Assembly: GCA_964035545.1 (NCBI GenBank)
Contig: OZ037770.1
Span: 4,000,662-4,064,661, forward strand
DNA from: Bugula neritina
Lineage: Eukaryota; Animalia; Bryozoa
Direction: 5' to 3'
DNA length: 64,000 nt
In this document: positions 14,287 to 27,480 of the stretch, in pieces
Numbering within the stretch: position 1 is the stretch's first letter
Layout of the letters: the number at the start of each line of letters is the position of its first letter
Notes under the pieces: generated by a model
Seen by the model: only the letters and a program-made list of their open reading frames with translations
Databases searched by the model: none
What the model was told of the DNA's origin: nothing
Made by a program: the position numbers and the translations under genes

Positions 14287-14754
14287 TTAAATAGTTAGTA
14301 TTCAAGTTTCATAAAAGTTGCACGGATATTTTGTATTAGTCAACAAATAACATGTGATCCTGTAAATATAAGTAGTCCTTTAACAGCTTCTTAAAAAGTT
14401 GAACCCCGTAAAACTTATTAAAAATATATTATATCTCTTTGAATTTGCTAATTTGCCTCTTTTAGTCTGTTAACAAGCAATAAATAGTTGCTGATAGTCA
14501 CTATGGGACTGCTTATAAATAATATGATAGTATAGTAGCCCTTGACAACTTTCTACTAACTCATATGACATTCTGATAAGAGCAGTAAACACTCATTAAT
14601 AACTCAGCCGGTAACATGCACATAGTAGGTGTTTCTATGACTTCCAATTATTTGAAGGGATAATGTAGGATAACTTTGTAAGTGCATGTTTGCATAAACC
14701 TTTGATTGGAGTTTCATTCCATGCAAAATTGGCAAACATAGATTGAAAGATCCA

Positions 14755-14758
<4 letters not shown>

Positions 14759-14815
<57 letters not shown>
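14759..14815. repeat. (TA)n microsatellite
   Basis: Direct inspection. Confidence 0.95.
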
Positions 14816-14818
<3 letters not shown>

Positions 14819-15108
14819 TATATAGCTATATATAAGGTTGATATTGCAGTACCCAACTTATATTATAATATAATATAGCGTTCATACTTGCTTACCTGGT
14901 AAATATGTATTATTGCTATATATAATGGTGTTCAGTTCTGAAAAGAGAAACCAAGTAAAAGCAACTGCAAAAAAGGCCATTTTACCAGCATGTTGCATAC
15001 ATTTAATAATAAATATCTGAAAAATATTTTTCCTTTTGTTTAATTAATTTTTTTACTGTAGTGTTCTAATCGGGTGGAAGTGAAAAAAGAACAATGTGAA
15101 AAAACTTT

Positions 15109-15181
15109 GCCCTCCACTGGGGTTCAAACCCAAGACCTCTGGTTTGCAATCAAGTGTGCTAACCATTACACTACAGGACCA
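15109..15181 (-). mobile_element. tRNA-derived SINE head / tRNA-like pseudogene
   Basis: Minus strand ggtcctgtagtgtaatggttagcac...gggtttgaacccc has A-box and degenerate B-box; no good acceptor stem. Confidence 0.6.
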
Positions 15182-15736
15182 CTGCATGGGTACACCCATC
15201 ACTACAAACAAACTTGTCATATTGAACTAATTTTATACAGGACCTCCTCTTAATATCAGTTTATAATGAATGACAAACGTTAGATGCATGTTTACCTAAT
15301 GTTTCGGACTACACCTGTACAGAAACACAATAAAACCCCAGACAGAAATTGAGTAAAATCATGATGGTGAGTCAACTTTTTATATAGGCTACTTTGTCTT
15401 TTAACATGTTGGTAACTTGGCAGCACTTAAAATAGCTCAGTAATATTTTATCTGAATATATTATAGGCTTGGATTCTTAGCCGCATTGATGCATTTAGCT
15501 GCAATGAGGGGGGCAAGTGTACTAGCATGAATTCCTAAATTATCTCATCAACTTTTGGTTAAGGGACTGATGGAAATACTCGTGAAGCCACAAACTCATT
15601 TGCTATAGGTATTTTATCTAGAGCACAGGCTTTGCTTAAATATTTCTTTAATGTAGGTCTCCAAATGAGTGGATACCAGGCGAAGAATTACTAGCAGTAG
15701 CATTAGTATTACTAGTATAGCAGTAGTATTAGTGGA

Positions 15737-16282
15737 GGTAGTAGTAGTAGTGGTAGTGGTAGTGGTAGTGGTAGTGGTAGTGGTAGTGGTAGTGGTAGTG
15801 GTAGTGGTAGTGGTAGTGGTAGTGGTAGTGGTAGTGGTAGTGGTAGTGGTAGTGGTAGTGGTAGTGGTAGTGGTAGTGGTAGTGGTAGTGGTAGTGGTAG
15901 TGGTAGTGGTAGTGGTAGTGGTAGTGGTAGTGGTAGTGGTAGTGGTAGTGGTAGTGGTAGTGGTAGTGGTAGTGGTAGTGGTAGTGGTAGTGGTAGTGGT
16001 AGTGGTAGTGGTAGTGGTAGTGGTAGTGGTAGTGGTAGTGGTAGTGGTAGTGGTAGTGGTAGTGGTAGTGGTAGTGGTAGTGGTAGTGGTAGTGGTAGTG
16101 GTAGTGGTAGTGGTAGTGGCAGTGGTAGTGGTAGTAGCAGTGGTAGTGGCAGTGGTAGTGGCAGTGGTAGTGGCAGTGGTAGTAGCAGTGGTAGTAGCAG
16201 TGGTAGTAGCAGTGGTAGTAGCAGTGGTATAGTAGCAGTGGTAGTAGCAATGGTAGTAGCAATGGTAGTAGCAGTGGTAGTA
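15737..16282. repeat. (GTAGTG)n hexamer array grading into GCAGTG/GTAGCA variants
   Basis: Direct inspection; source of the poly-V, poly-LP and poly-HY ORFs. Confidence 0.97.
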
Positions 16283-17343
16283 GTTCTGTAACAGTGGTTG
16301 TGGCAGTAGATAGTAGTAGTCACAGCTGGTGCACTAACAGTCAAACTCTGAGACTTTATCACATAATAGCATACAGTATCAAAGTTAAACAGAAATTGAT
16401 GAAGCAGCATTTTTTGCACGCAGTGATGATACCACCATATTTTGCTGACACTGATTTTAGAATATAGCTAACATTTAGGATAAAGAACAAGCAACCCAAA
16501 ACTGATGCAAAAAAGTTATGTTGTAATTATTTTAAAGACAGCATGAATTAAAAAGGTGGTTATTTTAAACCTGGATATTTAATAAAAGCACTAAACACAA
16601 AAATTTCATTGTAGCCAATAATTTCTTCAATCAATATGTAGGTGTATAATAGAACTTCATAGTCATATGTCCAAGTTGCTGCAATGAAATTTTATCTTTA
16701 ATTTATTTTAAGCTTTTACAGCACACTAACTACCTTTTCACAAATTTCCCTGCCCGCTTCAAACAAGGATAAAAGGAACACAGTGCTACAGGCATTTCGT
16801 GCAAAGTTGTCTCTTCTTTAAATAATGTGCTCTAAGACTATTCAGCCATTTAATTTTGCCAGCAAAACACGCACTCCTGCAGCGGCATATTGCTGACAGA
16901 TATGGCTAATATCGAGTCAGTGCTACTACTTCATGGTACTTTACGCCACTCACTCTATCTTGGTTTTTACTAAATTAAATTCATTTCCTTAAACTTTTTT
17001 TTCAAGTTATATAGGTTTTAACAGATGAATGCCTTACTTTTCAGGGTGCAAAATAAATAAGGCTTACTAACAGTTTTCAGAATGAAATTTACTTTCAAAC
17101 TAGCCGTTGGCTTGTTTTAGCCATTGGAAGTTTAATTATTTACAATTGCAGAAAATTACTAAGATTCACAGTGATAGATAATTATTTAAAATAATAGCAG
17201 CTAAAATACATAAAATAATTTCTTCAAGTTGGTTGTGAAATAAAATTTTAATTTTTAGTCGTAGTTGTAGAATTCTATCGTTTACATCCTGTAACTATGT
17301 AACTAGAGCCTGCCTCTGCGACAAAAGAGACTTGATTGAATTA

Positions 17344-18117
17344 CCGGCTTTCCATGTACCGATCTCAGATCGATCTCCGCGAGATCGCCCCATGGAAAAA
17401 CGGCAAAAATCGATCTCAGCCGTTCTGAGCTGGTCGGTATGTAAAGCTCGAACTCAGATCGATCTCAAGACAATAAGACCATGGAAAGACGAAAGATCGA
17501 TCTGAGAAGTAGAAAAATGACTGCTCGCTAAAATGTTGTCTGCTAATGAAAATGATAACTTATTGTTAATAACTAAGCAAAGTACTTAATAATTATGATA
17601 GCTACCTTTTCAGATGCCAAAACTTTGACTTTCAGTACAATGATTAAGAAAACTCAATTATATAAAATTATAGACGGTTGAAGGTACAAAAAATGGGAAC
17701 ATTTAAATGGCCAGTAAAACTTACTTTCACTAGCTATTTGCTGCGTAATTTCAAGCCTAACAATCCTGTAAGTTTATGAATAATCTGCAAGACAGCTATT
17801 AACTTTATATAAGCTGTCAAGCTAAAAGATTAAAATTGATTATCCTAAATTGGTCAATTTACTCCCCGCTAAAAGATTTGCTGTGTGTAGTTTATAACTG
17901 GCGTTGATTTTTAGACTGCAACAATTTTGTTTTTTGACAGCAGTAGCTCTAATCAGTTAGATGGGTCAGCAAATCATACTATTAAAGTATCTTTTACTTA
18001 AGAGGAGGTAACTCCATGAGATCGATCTGACACTCTCATGGAAAAACGATTGATCTGAGCACATTTCTCAGATCGATCTCAGCGAGATCGATCTGGGATC
18101 GGTCCATGGAAAGCCCG
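17344..18117. mobile_element. Non-autonomous TIR element, PIF/Harbinger-like
   Basis: TIRs ccggctttccatgtaccgatc / gatcggtccatggaaagcccg, subterminal GATCGATCT repeats at both ends, flanks TTA and TGA (imperfect 3-bp TSD). Confidence 0.7.
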
Positions 18118-18562
18118 TGAATGTATTCCAGGGCTTCGCACAAAAAGGTTAAAGAGCATCGATACATAAATCATTCAGCTTCGCATCCTTTTCATTTGAT
18201 GGAACCGTTTTAATGAATTTGTGTCCTTAAAGACACTGTCCCCATTCATCAATGAGAAATTCGTTTGCACAATGCAGTCCTTGGAGGCTAGCTAAATATA
18301 CCAAGACTGATGTAGGCTAATAGTATAATATTTGTACCAATCAGATTATAGAGTAAATCCTTACTTCAGTGTTATATTAATATGTTACACAGTGTCTGGT
18401 TTGTTGTAAGTAACTGACCAGATATCCCTGTTAGGCCAATCAAACCGAGTGTTAGAAGTTTACTGTCCACAGTACAACACACTCTGCAGTAACCACACTT
18501 GAAAGCTGACATTAGATTCTCCCACAACATTGTTTTGTAAAACAAGTTTAATTTGCACTCAG

Positions 18563-21500
18563 ATTTTGAATTGTCCAGTAATGTCTTTTCTCAAGCTCTT
18601 TGCCCGACATTTTTGGCAGCAGAAATATCTATCAACTGTCTTGTCCGTCAGCAAAAGGCAGTTTTAATCAACCAAGAAACAGTTGCAGAAGATACAGCGA
18701 CATCTCCAGTTGCAGATTTGGATTTCACTGATCACAAGCAAGCTTTCAAAGAGAAGTCATTGTGGGAGATTGTGAGAGCTCTGACAGTCTTCAGAGTCTG
18801 TTCCAACAGGACATTTGTGAGCAGATCAGCAGAGGTTATGTGTTACATACCAAGTCTCTCTTTACATTACTTTTGAAACATATTTTGTAAATTACAATTG
18901 GTATTGTATTACAAAACACCACAACTTTATATAATATTGCACATCATTATCTTATAATAGTGAAGTATAAAATTGCACAATGTGATATGACAGTTTATTA
19001 TAACTTACATCTCAGTGTGCTTCTTATAACTCAATATAATATTGGGATAAGTGGTAGGAGCATACAACTCTTAACCCGTAAGACTTGGAAATTCGCCAAT
19101 TATTATGCAATTTTATAGAAAACAAAGTAAATAAAAAAGTGAATAAAATACTCTTTAGCAAAATTATCGAAGTCAATAATATCAGTTACCTTTACCGTCA
19201 CATCAATTGGTGATGTGCTTCACTCAGTAATTTAAACAGACATAATATAAAGGTGGAACAATGTTAAAGAATAATATTGTTATTTCTGTACATATATTAT
19301 GTCTCAGTTGGAAAATATTTGTAGAGTCTTGAGCAGCAATTGTTTTGTTACAGATATTTGAAAGGACACAAAGAATTCTGGGTAAAAGACTGTCTTCTGC
19401 CGTTGTAAAGCCTCTGTTCTATGACCAGTTTGTTGGGGGTGTGACTATAGCGGATGTTAGGTATAATATTGATAAACTGGCTAAAGCCAACAGTGGTACA
19501 TTTGTTCTGATGGTAATGGAGGCCATAGACAAGTAAGTTTCCTTTCTCTTTCAAGTAGATTAGAGGGATGGTATATGACAGCCCGAAGCGTAGCAATGTG
19601 TAGTTCATGAAATACCTAAGAACTATTTTTAAGTTGTCTGCCTTTTTTATGCATGGGACAGCTAAATGACTTACTAATTCTCAGAGTTTACTCAAGCTGA
19701 TTTTATTCAACTCATCTGTGGACTTAGTTAGAGTGTTGACTATATGCAACTTGTCTTCAAAAATGTTCTGGAATGAGTTAAGTTTTGAGCAAGTGTGTAT
19801 TGTTGCGATCATCCAATAGACCTTGTGGTATAATGGTTAGTGCGTCTGCACTTGCAACTGGCTGGTGTCGGGATCAGATCCTAGCTGTGACAAGAGTTTT
19901 ATAGAATATGGAATCAATAAAATTGTATTTAATAACTTTATAGCAAGCACTTGAACTATATCTGTTGCTTGAGTTTTTGGAACTATGATTACAAAAAAGT
20001 ATTTTGGAAACTGTGATAAATGCTGTTAGAGCAATTCATTGGTTTTATTGAATTTTCAATTCATTAAATGCTATAAAGTCATGCATTGCCATAATTGACT
20101 TGAACTGTGACTTGATCTGAGGTTTGATCTGATTCAGTATTTTGCTGATTATAATTAACATAGCAAGCTTCACATCATAGCTTTTTGCAGTGCGTGCAGC
20201 CCAATACAGTATGCTTAACAATGTCTCGCATAAGGTATCAGAAAATGTTATATAACGTATTCAAATTTATATAACATGTTTGACTTTTATCTTATATATA
20301 ACTGTTACTTTTGGGATCCACACACGTCATATGATGTACTTTATCATCAGTGATACACTAGCATCTTTTTATTAAAAAGTTGTTAATGACAATATTTTGT
20401 ATCTTTATCAAAACGACAACTGTGACTGCAAACTAAGAATAAAAAAATGACTTCATTTTCACTTTGTTATTAATGGCTCCATTCAAGTTTTGCAATTGAA
20501 TTAGATTGCTTTAAAGGGTGGAGGAAGCTAATGGCAATGCTAAAAACATTATCAAAATGATGGAAGGTATTACTGAAAAGATAACTCCGTATGGCTCATA
20601 CATGCAAATTCGTATTTCTGCTATGTTCACTTCACACCTGTTGGTGAGTTCACTGCTTGCTTTGTTGTTTTAGCTACGAGTCCTGGTTTCAGTATTTTAA
20701 TTGGTAAAACTTGGCATTTAGTTAAATGGAATTATATTTATCGTAAGAAAAATATATATGTTATGTTTATGAAAACATTAATAATTTCAATTGCGTTTTG
20801 TTGTCGATAGTAAGAAAATGTAAGATTTAGAAACTATATTTTTTAGAACAGTTATGTGAAACAACATTGTTATAAATAAATCATTTATATATAATTACAT
20901 TGTCTAATTATAATTTAAGACATCTGTTCAAAGAAATGGCTTGATATACTTATAAGATATATTGTTATTCTATTTGAACAGAAGTCACTGTCCCTACTGT
21001 CTGATGAAGTGAGAGAGAAAGTTATTTATAGTTCAGCTGAGTACATGCGCACCCACAACCCTGGTATGACATCAGCTATTTCTTCTAGTGTGTCAGGCTA
21101 ATGAGGTTTTTATTCATTTTCAGAGCTGTAAATTCTTTTAATATACTTTAGCTTTGACCTACAATATTTGCATAACCTATAACTTTCAATCTGCACCCCA
21201 ACTTTCAACTAGAAATTATAAACCTCAGCTTCAAGAGCAAATATGTATCACTTATACACGCTATATAGGAGTGGGAATTCTACGTGACAATTTAAAGAAA
21301 TAATCATATTGTGGAAGTTTTAAGACTTACCTAATGCAAAACCAAAGTTTAAAAATAGAAACTTCAATCATATAATGTTTAGTGTAAATGTAGATAGACT
21401 TTTCTTGTCATGGAAACAACGCCAATGTGTAGTTAAACAAGCTCAAACTTTATTTATTATATTTCTAGAAAATTCTACACCAAAAAGCTTGGCTGCCATT

Positions 21501-24500
21501 ATGGTAACTGATAAAGTTGTGCTTGCAGTTTTCTATTAATTTATGATTGTGACTTCATTCAACATAGTTGTTCCTGTTGACCAAATGAACAATTCATTCA
21601 TGTAGTGCAATGATGGCAATGCAGTGAGCGTAAGTGGTGTGGGAAGGGGAAAAGGGGTTATATATAGGGCATAGTGTAGGGGGAGGAAGGTGGAGCTCTC
21701 AATTATATGAGAGCATTTGCAGTGTAGGCTGGCAGATTTTAGATTTGTTACAAAATAAATGCTATAATTCACAACAAATGAGTTTTTCAGTTTCCCTTGT
21801 ATTGTGCTGTCAGTCCGCTTATCATAGGCTGTCATCTTGTCATGTCTCAGTGACAGCCATCATTGAAAAAGAAAATACATATTCCAATATTTTGGTTGAA
21901 ACCAGTTGTAACTGGTTCACATTAAATCTTTTCTCTTGATAGTCCTGATAGTCCTGTAGCAGTGAGAAGCAGTGATATAGTCTGTAATCTGTGTAAGTGA
22001 GAAGTCCTTTAGGTCTATGGATTGTATGAGATATGGCTTAAGTTCCTATACTGTAGCCATGTGTCTTGGTTTGGAGTGCAGATTCAACGTGCTAATTGTG
22101 AAGCTCGAAGATGTTAGGTTAAAAAATTTTAGACTTCACCAAATTTGCATATTATTATACCTTCTGCTTATCCTATAAATAGGTTGGGAAGCAGCAGTGG
22201 TTTGGGGGTTAGATTGCTGACTTAGTAACACCAAGGTGATGGGGTCAATTCTCAGTAAAGGTCATGTGTGATTTACTGGTGTGCCACATAATAATTTAAG
22301 CCTTTAGTCAGCTTTTAAAATGTTCCTTATACCATCAAGGATGGTGACTTTAAACTTCTGTGGATTTTGTCATATTAGATAAGTTTGTTGACTCATTTCA
22401 AATAATCCAAATATTAACTAAGAACTGTCCTGATATTCATAACTACTTCTACTGCATTATACAGCACATAGGCTGTACCTGTAGACACCCTGAGGTGGCT
22501 AGCGGAGACACCTGGGGCTTCTGGCATCATCCCAGAATTGCTGTCGGGGCTGATTCTGCTCGGTGAAGTGGGACAGAAAGCTGTTGCCACGGACACCGTG
22601 TTGATGGTGGACGCTGAGTATACCAATACAAACCCGGCGCTCACAGCTTTGGCCATGGCTCTCAGTCTAGTGTGTAATAGGACTAAGGCTGTTGTTTGGA
22701 ACACAACACAATGCTACCTCAAGGTTAGACTGCTGTTAGCTACAGATAGTTATAAGTTTCCTAATGTGGATTTAGAGACCAAACAAAAGTTGTCTTTGTT
22801 TCATTATTTTTTCTATTGAACATTTAAACTTGATCCAAATTGGTTCTCAAGGTTCAGAAGATGTGTTTTTGTTTCTCCATGTAAATATATTTTTGGTAAT
22901 TGTATAACTTATTCTACAAAGATGTCTTCATGTGTGCACACTATGTTGGTTGTTTCTTGCACGTTGTAGAAGTCATTTGAAGCATTGCAGTGGGAATTCA
23001 ATTTTGCTGAGAAGAATAACCTTCACTATGGGGGTGAGTCAGTCAGTTTTCTAGTTGATTAGCTAATTAGCATACAGAGCTGTCTATACATTGGCCCTCA
23101 ACACCATTTTAGAGAACAACTCCCAAGTATATAAATAATAATCAAAATTCCCAATAGGTTGAACTAGCAAACACATAAATAATTGATAGGAAGTTCTGCT
23201 TCACAATCACAAACATATTGTATATTAGATTAAAGATTGATTTGAGATAATCTATTACAGTTTATACTCTATTTTGTGGATCCATGTGACCTTCCAACGT
23301 CCTTTATTCAGCTGATTGGCATAACTCTAAATGCATTTTAAAAGTTATTGACGCATCCAATTGTACTCTAATGATTCTACGAGGTTGGGTTCTTGTAAAA
23401 AACAAAACACTTGACTTATATTAAAATGAGCTTGTTCATAATATAAACTTTGACAAAACGCAGCTAATTTAAAACTTTTATCAACAGGTGAGTATAATTC
23501 AATATTATATTTGTTTAATTACTTAGGAATGTTCATTTTCTTCCTTTTGACCGATTCACACGTATATTATGTAGAATTATTTAATTTCATGCTGTTTATA
23601 TAACAGAAGGCTGAGGTTCTAAAAACTGTGTGTTTGATATTTCAGCTAAGTTGGTAAGGGGGGCGTACATGGTAGCTGAGGAAAATGAAGCTAAAAGTCA
23701 AGGTCAGCCTTGTCCTGTACACGATGGAATACAGGCTACACATAACTTATACAACTCTACAGCCAACTGGCTACTGCAGAAGATCCGTGATAACAGCAAC
23801 CAGGGGAGACAAATCAGATTTGTTCTCGCTTCTCATAACCAAGACTCTATCAAACAGGCTGTAGAGAGGTAGATATAGTTTTACCAGTTTAATTGTAGCT
23901 GGTTATGTGTTGGAGACTGATCAAATGTTTTATTACTAACGACTTTGCATAATTCATCCTTCTCTGATGCAATGCGCTTATACACTATATACACGTGTAT
24001 ATACACATAATACAATGTATAAACTCAAATTAGCTAGTATTAATATTCTCATGTAGAATGAAAAGCTATGGCATTTCGAGTGAAGAGAGAAAAGTGATAC
24101 TTGCTCAGGTTTATGGAATGTGTGACCACATAACATATACTCTAGGTAAGTGTAACTCTTGCCAGCTTTAATGTCTGAGTTACTGTGTTGATTACTGAGT
24201 TACCAATAAGCACACCCTGTTACTGGTAGATCTGGTAGTGAGTAATCAGATAATGAGAGTTGAAACATCTGATTCAATAATAAATTAAAGCATTGAAGCA
24301 GCATGATTTAGTAGTTAGAGCAGAGGCTTAGCAAACACAAAGGCAGCGGTTTGATTCTATAGAAAAGCCACTGGTGATTTGAAGAAGAGAATTCAGTCAT
24401 ATTTTTCTTTTACAACAATAAAGACACAATTGTAGTTCACCTCTTTTATCTGAGGCTGTTGCAGGGTTAGCGACTATAAACCTGGAAGTTTTGTTAAGTT

Positions 24501-24949
24501 ACAAATCAACTTTAAACTCTTCAATGCAGATGAGAATCAATAAAATTCAAAGTCACACTGTTTTAAACTGAGTAAAAATTCAAAACCTAACGTAACTTGA
24601 CCAGTTGAAATATTATACCTTCATCTGTAGATAATAACTCTTAACAGCTATCTAAATCTATAATACTCAGCCAACTATATATACCTATTTTAGGAAAATT
24701 ATTCTTTAAAAAGAAGACAACTTTTATCGAATTATAAAAGAAACTCTTTAATAAATACTTATTTTCAGTTTCCTGTTGTATTTAGGTCAAAAGGGATATC
24801 ATGTGTATAAATCAGTGGCTGTTGGGACAATCAGTGAGTCTTTGCCATATCTGTCTAGACGGTCTCATGAAAATTCCTTTCTGATAGCCAACTCCAGACA
24901 AGAACGACAACTCCTCAACTCTGAGTTAAAATACAGGATTATGGGCTAA
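18563..24949 (+). CDS. PRODH2: Proline/hydroxyproline dehydrogenase, PRODH2-like; start codon exon not resolved
   Basis: Phase-consistent exons ~18563-18834, 19354-19532, 20517-20643, 20982-21063, 22485-22723, 22970-23033, 23646-23868, 24057-24145, 24786-24949 (TAA). Motifs FYDQFVGG, LMVDAEYTNTNPAL, QCYLK, AKLVRGAYM, ASHN, GMCDHIT, PYLSRRSHEN. DAEYT, ASHN and YKS point to the PRODH2 subfamily. Confidence 0.88.
19818..19895 (+). mobile_element. tRNA-derived SINE head, intronic
   Basis: tgtggtataatggttagtgcg A-box-like; degenerate B-box gggatcagatcc. Confidence 0.45.
22189..22280 (+). mobile_element. Degenerate tRNA-derived SINE head
   Basis: Similar to the heads at 24299 and 37053. Confidence 0.45.
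24299..24490 (+). mobile_element. tRNA-derived SINE, same family as 37053-37265
   Basis: Shares aaaagcca.tggtgat.t.aagaagag.at.cagtcata core and tagcgacta.aaac tail. Confidence 0.65.
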
Positions 24950-25959
24950 ACAGTTAAAAAGAATTTCTTAGAAAACCATTTTTTTGTTTGACAGCGTTCA
25001 TATTTTAGCACTAAACGCATAGTGTATAGCATATTATCATTTGTAAAAATACGAAGCACATACAAGATCTATATACATATTTTTTATGTGCACTAGGATC
25101 CATTTGTAGTCTGTAATGACTACTTATATTTTTGCAAGAAAGTTGTCCATTATGTATTTTTTCATCGATTTGCACAAACAATATATTGAAACATATATAT
25201 ATAATGTCATCGACATTAAAGCGAGTCAAATAATATTTGATAGATAAAAAGGTTATATTGGGAGTGATGCTTTAGCTAATCACTACAAACATAAAGACAA
25301 GGTAAACTGACAGAGCTTGAGAGATACACTATTTGGTTTTGATTCATATCTGGTAATGTTTGTGACATTGGTTTGTTCATCAAACATTCTTATATCTAGA
25401 TAAGTGTATATTGAGTTTAAAGATAGTGTAAGTTGTATCAATTGACATGGGGTCACTTGCCTACCTCTAACACAGTCTCATAGCTTGTCATATGTGCCTG
25501 TTCTAGATGAACAATGTAGGAAATAGAATTAAGTTCAGCTGTAGGCGCTGTCATCAAGGCTAATAATAGTTAATTATAACTGCAGAATACCTTAAGCGGT
25601 TTAACAATTTGCTAATTTATATCACAAAAGAGTTTTATTTTTTAAAGAAATACCTAATGTCTGTTAGAAAAGTTCTTCTATCATGCATCTCAGTCCGTAT
25701 TAGTGAGATGCATTATAAGATTTTAAACAGAAAGTGTGGACTGAAGATGCACCTTATAATTATGTGATTCTCCTTTACATGTTCTTTCAGTTTTATATCC
25801 AAGGAGTTTAGACTAGTTAGTTGATATATAAATATATTGATATGAGAGAAAAGAACTCCTAAACCTGAAGTTTTGCCAACAAAGCACATGGCATATGCCA
25901 ACAGTTATTGAATCTTATATTGCAGGCAATGATTCATATCAAAGCAGCATCATTAGGAA

Positions 25960-27480
25960 ATAGCATGTCTCTGATGACAACTTAACGTACTTTCTTGAGC
26001 TCTGAGTTGGACGAGGTTAAAGTTTTTACTGTCCAATCTAGTTTTTATATAGGTAGATTATTTCTACACAAAAGAAAGGTTGTGTCTATAGGCGGGCCAA
26101 AATGACTTTGGCAAATTCTTTGCCAACGATGCTGAGCAGTAAGATAAATGCTTGTTTAGTTGTTGAGACCTTTTTTGTCTCTCTCATTCTTGTAAAGTTT
26201 GGTGATGTTTGCATCTCTCATGTCTTGTGGCACAGCACTTTCTTCCCAGCATTGACAAAGAACTTTATGGAGGGAATGATATTCCATCACTGCCAGGCGT
26301 CTTGCCCTGGGACAAACTATCAATGGTAATTCATAGTAGTTTCATCATCATCAATAGTGGACATGCTTTCAACTGCATCAAGAGCAGAGTGAGAGTTTAG
26401 GTGGGTCTAGTGTTCCACCCATCTCTCCATCTGCTTTCCTTTTTTGGTGATGAATTCCCCAGCGGAAGATTTGAGAGAAGGCATCTTGCTCTGGATTGGT
26501 TCCATTGCCATCTTGATGCCATCATACATTGCTCTAATGCTCTGAGCTGTTACTACATGGCTCTACCATACTCAAGAAGTTGTTCTTCACTACAAAGCCT
26601 ATTCTCCATACATTCTTGGCTGATTTGAACTCCTTTCCGCCAGTAAAATGTGTAGTTATTTCCCTTTAGATTGCCAAAATAAGCTAATCACATTTCTTAA
26701 AGGGTAGGAAAGTCTACGCTTATTCTCTTGAATTCATAGTTTATGATGGCTGGTTTTCGGGTGTCTCTGATGTCCAGTAAATTGATGGATAGACCGGTTA
26801 GTATAGTAAGAATGTTCCAACATCTCAATTTACGACCTGGTCTATTAGAGTCAGTTTTTTGTTGCCTCGTAAAAAGATTGCAGTCTTCTGTTTGGTTGTA
26901 TCTATTTTCCCATGCAACGAAAAAGCAAGGCAGGCTATGGCAGAACAGCACCTAACTGGATGAGGGCTGCGCAGCTTATGGCGGGAGGGGTAGCTGTCTA
27001 GTGAAATCTAAAGATCTCTCTCACCGTTGAAAGAAACCCCTGCTGTCTTGCTCTACACCAATTGAGAGACAGCTTATAACTGGTATCTGCTGCTCCCAGT
27101 GTTGTGTCTACACAAAAGGCAAAGATAGAGTGTTCTTGTCAGTGAGATGATGTGCGAGTGTATACCTGGGCATTGATAATATGAAGGACAAGTTGCTGTC
27201 CATGTGGCATGTTCCTCCTCTCCACATCGCTAGCCTGTGTGAAGAAACAGCAGGGCTGTCACAGTTTGGCACCAGCGTCGTTGCAAAAGCTGCCAGAATA
27301 AGGTTTTAAATTATAACTACGAAATGCCTTCGGTTCTCCAACACCTGATTCATCCTTGGGGTTTAACCCCCAAGCTTTTTGTTTAGTTGATATTGCTGCA
27401 AGGCAGCAGAGGTTTGAGATCAGAATTTGCCTTCTCCTGAATGAGCTGCCTTCACAGACTAATGAACCCTATCTGCATAT
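25960..27480 (-). mobile_element. Decayed RTE-like LINE (5' UTR and APE endonuclease remnant)
   Basis: Minus strand LRCWNILTILTGLS..DIRDTRKPAIINYEFKRISVDF..GNLKGNNYTFYW is APE endonuclease-like with no ORF1 ahead; many stops. Confidence 0.7.

Noticed and set aside
15669-16419. Poly-V, poly-LP and poly-HY ORFs
   Set aside because: Translations of the (GTAGTG)n array.
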